64,000 nt of DNA from an uncultured Leptospirales bacterium (lineage in GTDB: Bacteria; Spirochaetota; UBA4802; JAKQUI01). The DNA lies in assembly GCA_964652955.1 (NCBI GenBank), contig CAZZCF010000006.1, forward strand, positions 10,460 through 74,459. Direction: 5' to 3'. The notes under the pieces were generated by a model. That model made no database searches. It saw only the letters and a program-made list of their open reading frames with translations, and was not told the DNA's origin. A program made the position numbers and the translations under genes. This document shows positions 60,412 through 64,000 of this stretch, piece after piece (position 1 is the stretch's first letter; every line of letters starts with the position of its first letter).

Positions 60412-60587
60412 ATGAAGCGCCGCTATCGCAGAGTGCCCAAATTATAATACATCAAACTGATGTGCGTCGATGAGAATTGATCATCATCACTCCCCGTTAT
60501 CGAATAGAGGTGATGGAACGCGCTCCTTTTATGAATGAGCTCAGATCTGCTGTTGAATAAGTAAGGATATACAGAGGAGTTTTCAAA

Positions 60588-61019
60588 ATGTCTGAATATG
60601 AAGATCTCTCTCCAGACTTCAAAGATATGTTAATGAATAAGATGAACACGGATACTCCCTTCTGGTCGCTCCTTGACATGGAGCTCGTTGATATCAGGAA
60701 GGGATGGGCAAAGGTGAAACTTCCCTTTGCAGAGAAGCTTCTTCATCCGATGGGTGTTGTCCACGGAGGAGCCATATTCTCTGTTGCTGACTCGGCTGTT
60801 GCCATGGCCCTGGTTGGCATGACTCGGAAAGGTGAGACCATCGCCACTGTTGAGATGAAGATTAATTACCTGAAGCCCATCAACGGCGGTGAAATCGTGG
60901 CAGAGGCGAAAATCGTTAATAAGGGAAGCAGAATCGCACTTGGTGAAGTTGAGGTAACCAATGGGAAGGGGGATCTCGTTGCGAAGGCCCTGGCGACGTA
61001 CATGATCATTGCCAAATAG
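60588..61019 (+). CDS. hotdog-fold thioesterase (PaaI family)
   Basis: PaaI-type motifs (HPMGVVHGGAIFSVADSA ... G.RIALGE). Confidence 0.75.
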   Translation: MSEYEDLSPDFKDMLMNKMNTDTPFWSLLDMELVDIRKGWAKVKLPFAEKLLHPMGVVHGGAIFSVADSAVAMALVGMTRKGETIATVEMKINYLKPINGGEIVAEAKIVNKGSRIALGEVEVTNGKGDLVAKALATYMIIAK

Positions 61020-61519
61020 ATGTTGAGACGAGGAGCCGGAGAGTGCGGCCGGTTGTCATTGCAGGAGCATCCTCTGCTCACCAGGCTGTTGTGCTCGTGG
61101 AGGAGGAGAGCGCTCTCTCTTCCGGTGCATCTTCAGATGAGCTTCGAAATGCATACCGTGAAGACGCACAGATTCCGCCCGACCATTGATTCCGTTCCGG
61201 CCGGTGCAGTAGAGATTGTGAGTTATACTATCATATATGAAAATCCGGCGCGCGGTCAGTACAATGATCCATGGATTCTCTGCACGGGAGCACCGATGAG
61301 GGACAGTTCATTGCAAATCTCGAAGGCAGAGAACCCGGTCGTCTGGCACAGATGAAACCGGACGAAGTCATTGGACAATCCTGTACTATCAATACCGATG
61401 ATAAGTGCCACATTATCATACACTGAGGGTGAGCACCGGTTTTCCCTTGACATCTTTCCTTTATACCTGAACATTTTGCAGAGGCGTGGGAGCGATTATT
61501 GAGATAATAAGGAGATTAC

Positions 61520-62302
61520 ATGGAGTATCAAACGCTTTCCTATGACGTTGATGGCAGTATCGGCATCCTGACCTATAACCGCCCGGAAGTGGTCAATGCC
61601 ATAAATCGGGAGATGCTTGATGAACTCAATCACTTCTGGAATGAACGGCAGAACGATTTAGGAGTGCGGGTTCTCATTCTCCGGGGGGCCGGTGATAAGG
61701 GGTTCTGTTCCGGTGTCGATCTGAAGGATGCTTTCGAGGAGGGCGGCGGATTCAGGAAGCAGGGCGTCAGCTCCGAGGCGATTTACTATTCGCAGAAGGG
61801 ATTCTCGAAAATCATCAGGTTGATGAGGACCTGTCCGCAGCCCATTATTGCCGCGGTTCATGGCTATGCCCTCGGTGGTGGTCTCTCTTTCGCGATTGCT
61901 TCAGATATACGGCTGGCGAGCCGCGATGCCGTCTTCTGCGCGCAGTACATTAACATCGGTCTTGGCGGTGCCGATGTCGGTTCGAGCTATTTCCTCTGGC
62001 GGATCGTCGGATGGGGACATGCCGCTGAGATGTGCATGACCGGCAACAGGGTTCCTGCTGATGAGGCATACCGTATCGGTCTGGTAAACAGGCTGTGTGA
62101 GCCTGGAGAGCTGTTTCTTTCTGCGCGGGCAATGGCAGAGGAGATGATCGGCAAATCGCCGATGGGACTTCGGATGACCAAGGAGGCGCTGAATGCCGGA
62201 ATCAACCTCTCGTCACTTGATGATGCGACGAAGGTTGAGGATCGGAATCAGGCATATCTCATGGCGAGCATGCTTATCAAGCAGCAGGGAGAGGATTCCT
62301 GA
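61520..62302 (+). CDS. enoyl-CoA hydratase/isomerase (crotonase family)
   Basis: Crotonase pattern (GIGILTYNRPEVVNAIN ... GAGDKGFCSGVD). Confidence 0.8.
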   Translation: MEYQTLSYDVDGSIGILTYNRPEVVNAINREMLDELNHFWNERQNDLGVRVLILRGAGDKGFCSGVDLKDAFEEGGGFRKQGVSSEAIYYSQKGFSKIIRLMRTCPQPIIAAVHGYALGGGLSFAIASDIRLASRDAVFCAQYINIGLGGADVGSSYFLWRIVGWGHAAEMCMTGNRVPADEAYRIGLVNRLCEPGELFLSARAMAEEMIGKSPMGLRMTKEALNAGINLSSLDDATKVEDRNQAYLMASMLIKQQGEDS

Positions 62303-62306
62303 GTCG

Positions 62307-63161
62307 ATGGAAGTCATCACCCCCTGCATCCGACGACTGCAGATGCCGCCTTTCGGTCCGGCTGAATGGGAGGTGAGTAATGTCTACTTTCTCGGAACCG
62401 CTGAGATGCTCATCATCGATGCGGGGTATCCCACACCGGAATCCATCGATAGCATTCTCAATGCCTGGCGGGATCTCGGGAAGCCCAATCTGAAAGCGAT
62501 TCTCATAACCCATGCGCATCTTGATCATGTCGGTGCGCTTGCCGCAATAATCCGAGAGACCGGGGCACCCGTATACGCGCATCGGTATGAGGCGACTTTT
62601 TTCAGGGAGATGTTTCCACAGGAGTCAATTGACCATACAATTGATGAAGGAGATATCATTGATGTCCCCGGAATACGAATACGGGTTTTTCACATGCCCG
62701 GTCATACGGCAGGTCATCTCTGTTTTCTTGAGGAATTGAGCGGATCCCTCTTTACCGGTGATCAGGTCATCGGGAGCACCTTTGCTATCATTGTTCCCCC
62801 CAGCGGAGACATGATTCAGTATATGGAGAGTCTGCACCGCATGGCGGCTCTCCCGCTGAAGAGAATATTACCCGGTCACGGATCACCCATTAATGATCCC
62901 TATGCCAAAATTGATGAATATATTGCCCATCGGGTCTTACGTGAGATACAGATCCTCAAGCAGCTTGAATCCGGTAACCGTTCTATTCCGGATATGGCGG
63001 AGGAGATTTATGCTGATATGCACCCCATACTGCGCCAGGCAGGCCGTTTGCAGATTCTTGCTCACCTTCTGAAGATGGAAGCGGACGGGCTGGTGAAGGT
63101 CGTTTCAGGGGAGAGCACCGAAGCGGTTTACCGGAGTCTCGTCGGCACGTTGCCGTTCTAA
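62307..63161 (+). CDS. MBL-fold metallo-hydrolase
   Basis: HxHxDH motif (THAHLDHVG); ATG 62307 lies 5 nt after the upstream stop. Confidence 0.7.
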   Translation: MEVITPCIRRLQMPPFGPAEWEVSNVYFLGTAEMLIIDAGYPTPESIDSILNAWRDLGKPNLKAILITHAHLDHVGALAAIIRETGAPVYAHRYEATFFREMFPQESIDHTIDEGDIIDVPGIRIRVFHMPGHTAGHLCFLEELSGSLFTGDQVIGSTFAIIVPPSGDMIQYMESLHRMAALPLKRILPGHGSPINDPYAKIDEYIAHRVLREIQILKQLESGNRSIPDMAEEIYADMHPILRQAGRLQILAHLLKMEADGLVKVVSGESTEAVYRSLVGTLPF

Positions 63162-63214
63162 GTGCCGGACTTGTTGGAGTCATCCGGTTTTAGCATGACC
63201 CGGTAGTTTCAGGA

Positions 63215-63455
63215 AACTGATGAGATGAAAAGGGTTTTACAATACTGCTCACAGCGACACGATGTCGCGCATGCCAGTGGGCACAGGATGTGCAAAACAA
63301 CGCTGGCCAAGGAGCACGACAAAAACGTTGTTTTTGGAAGTGTCCTTATGAGCACAAAAAAACTCTTTTCAACCTGTGAAACTGATGAGATGAAAAGGGT
63401 TTTACAATACTGCTCACAAGGAGCACGACAAAAACGTTGTTTTTGGAAGTGTCCT
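63215..63455. repeat. intergenic direct duplication: about 79-bp unit (AACTGATGAGATGAAAAGGGTTTTACAATACTGCTCACA + AGGAGCACGACAAAAACGTTGTTTTTGGAAGTGTCCTTAT) present twice; the first copy is split by a roughly 56-bp insertion
   Basis: Exact repeated strings at 63215-63253/63377-63415 and 63309-63348/63416-63455. Confidence 0.7.
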
Positions 63456-63601
63456 TATAAACACCTATCTCAAGGGTATTATATGAATGTGCGTGTATAT
63501 GACCGCCTGATGCCGTGCGAACGGTAGGAGATGCAATCAGACGATTACTCTTTCAAGGATAAGAGCTGAATAATTCAATCGTTAATGAGGAGGTAGTTCA
63601 C

Positions 63602-64000
63602 ATGAAGGTAGTAGCTTTTAATAGTAGTCCCAGGAAGGACGGCAATACGACGATACTCATCAAGCTTGTGCTCGACGAGCTGGAAAATCAGGGCATTGAA
63701 ACTGAATTTGTAGACCTCGCCGGCAAGAAGATAACCGGTTGCCGCGCCTGTTTCAAATGCGTTGAGAACAAGAATCAGCGATGTTCGGTGACGAACGATA
63801 TCGTGAATGAGTGCATCGAGAAGATGCTCGCCGCGGAGGGGATTATTCTCGGATCTCCCACTTACTTTGCAGATATAAATGCAGATATGAAAGCGCTCAT
63901 TGATAGAGCCGGCATGGTGGCAAAAGCGAATGGTGATATGTTTAGAAGGAAGCTGGGAGCAGCGGTGATACCCATGCGTCGTGCAGGTTCTGTTCATGCT
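63602..64000 (+). CDS. flavodoxin-like NAD(P)H-dependent FMN reductase family protein (partial, runs off the window end)
   Basis: ATG 63602 after GAGGAGG; N-terminus MKVVAFNSSPRKDGNTT typical of the NADPH-dependent FMN reductase / iron-sulfur flavoprotein fold. Confidence 0.55.
   Translation, partial: MKVVAFNSSPRKDGNTTILIKLVLDELENQGIETEFVDLAGKKITGCRACFKCVENKNQRCSVTNDIVNECIEKMLAAEGIILGSPTYFADINADMKALIDRAGMVAKANGDMFRRKLGAAVIPMRRAGSVHA

Overview
This 64 kb window looks like chromosomal DNA from an anaerobic, flagellated bacterium. The flagellar block flgB-flgC-fliE-fliF-fliG-fliH-fliI-fliJ, followed by an SLT gene and a FlbB-like gene, has a spirochaete-like arrangement. GC content is about 50%. 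I support about 60 protein-coding genes and one tRNA (Pro, anticodon GGG). I found no rRNA, CRISPR array, transposase or integrase. The main blocks are as follows. (1) 221-9324: a TelA-like gene, an EAL-CBS-GGDEF(GGDDF) c-di-GMP protein, several membrane proteins, a SagB-type dehydrogenase and RNase R. (2) 10068-15003: a complete MttB-superfamily corrinoid methyltransferase system without pyrrolysine (pterin-binding MtgA-like methyltransferase, corrinoid protein, MttB-like methyltransferase, RamA-type reductive activase), preceded by a 740 bp leader. (3) 15147-20334: RluA, a cupin, a small Fe-S-domain protein, and an ATP-grasp gene translationally coupled to two SAM methyltransferases. (4) 20603-24733: mcsA-mcsB-clpC. 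(5) 24928-27002: a PTS EIIA-Ntr domain fused to an HP0958-like zinc ribbon, tRNA-Pro and Ogg. (6) 27240-35868: the flagellar basal-body and export operon. (7) 36039-42639: DUF4349-like lipoproteins, EngB, RimI, an APC permease, a GDPD and a cNMP-binding protein. (8) 42746-48781, minus strand, the most unusual locus. It is a tightly coupled four-gene operon. The first gene encodes a 918-aa DUF2207-like membrane protein whose C-terminus is a tandem (Ala-Cys-His-Ser)n tail written by a 12-bp DNA repeat. Ten bp downstream is a radical SAM/SPASM enzyme that carries an N-terminal PqqD-like RRE. Two uncharacterised zinc-ribbon proteins follow. (9) 49105-51960: a probably frameshifted small CxxCH protein and a multi-PAS HisKA_2 sensor kinase. 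(10) 52145-63161: a beta-oxidation-like set (two crotonases, a 3-hydroxyacyl-CoA dehydrogenase, acyl-CoA ligase, thioesterase, NMO-like protein, alpha/beta hydrolase, MBL hydrolase) enclosing a CmuA-like methyltransferase fused to a corrinoid domain. The window ends in a partial flavodoxin-like reductase gene. All assignments come from reading motifs in the supplied translations; no database search was run.
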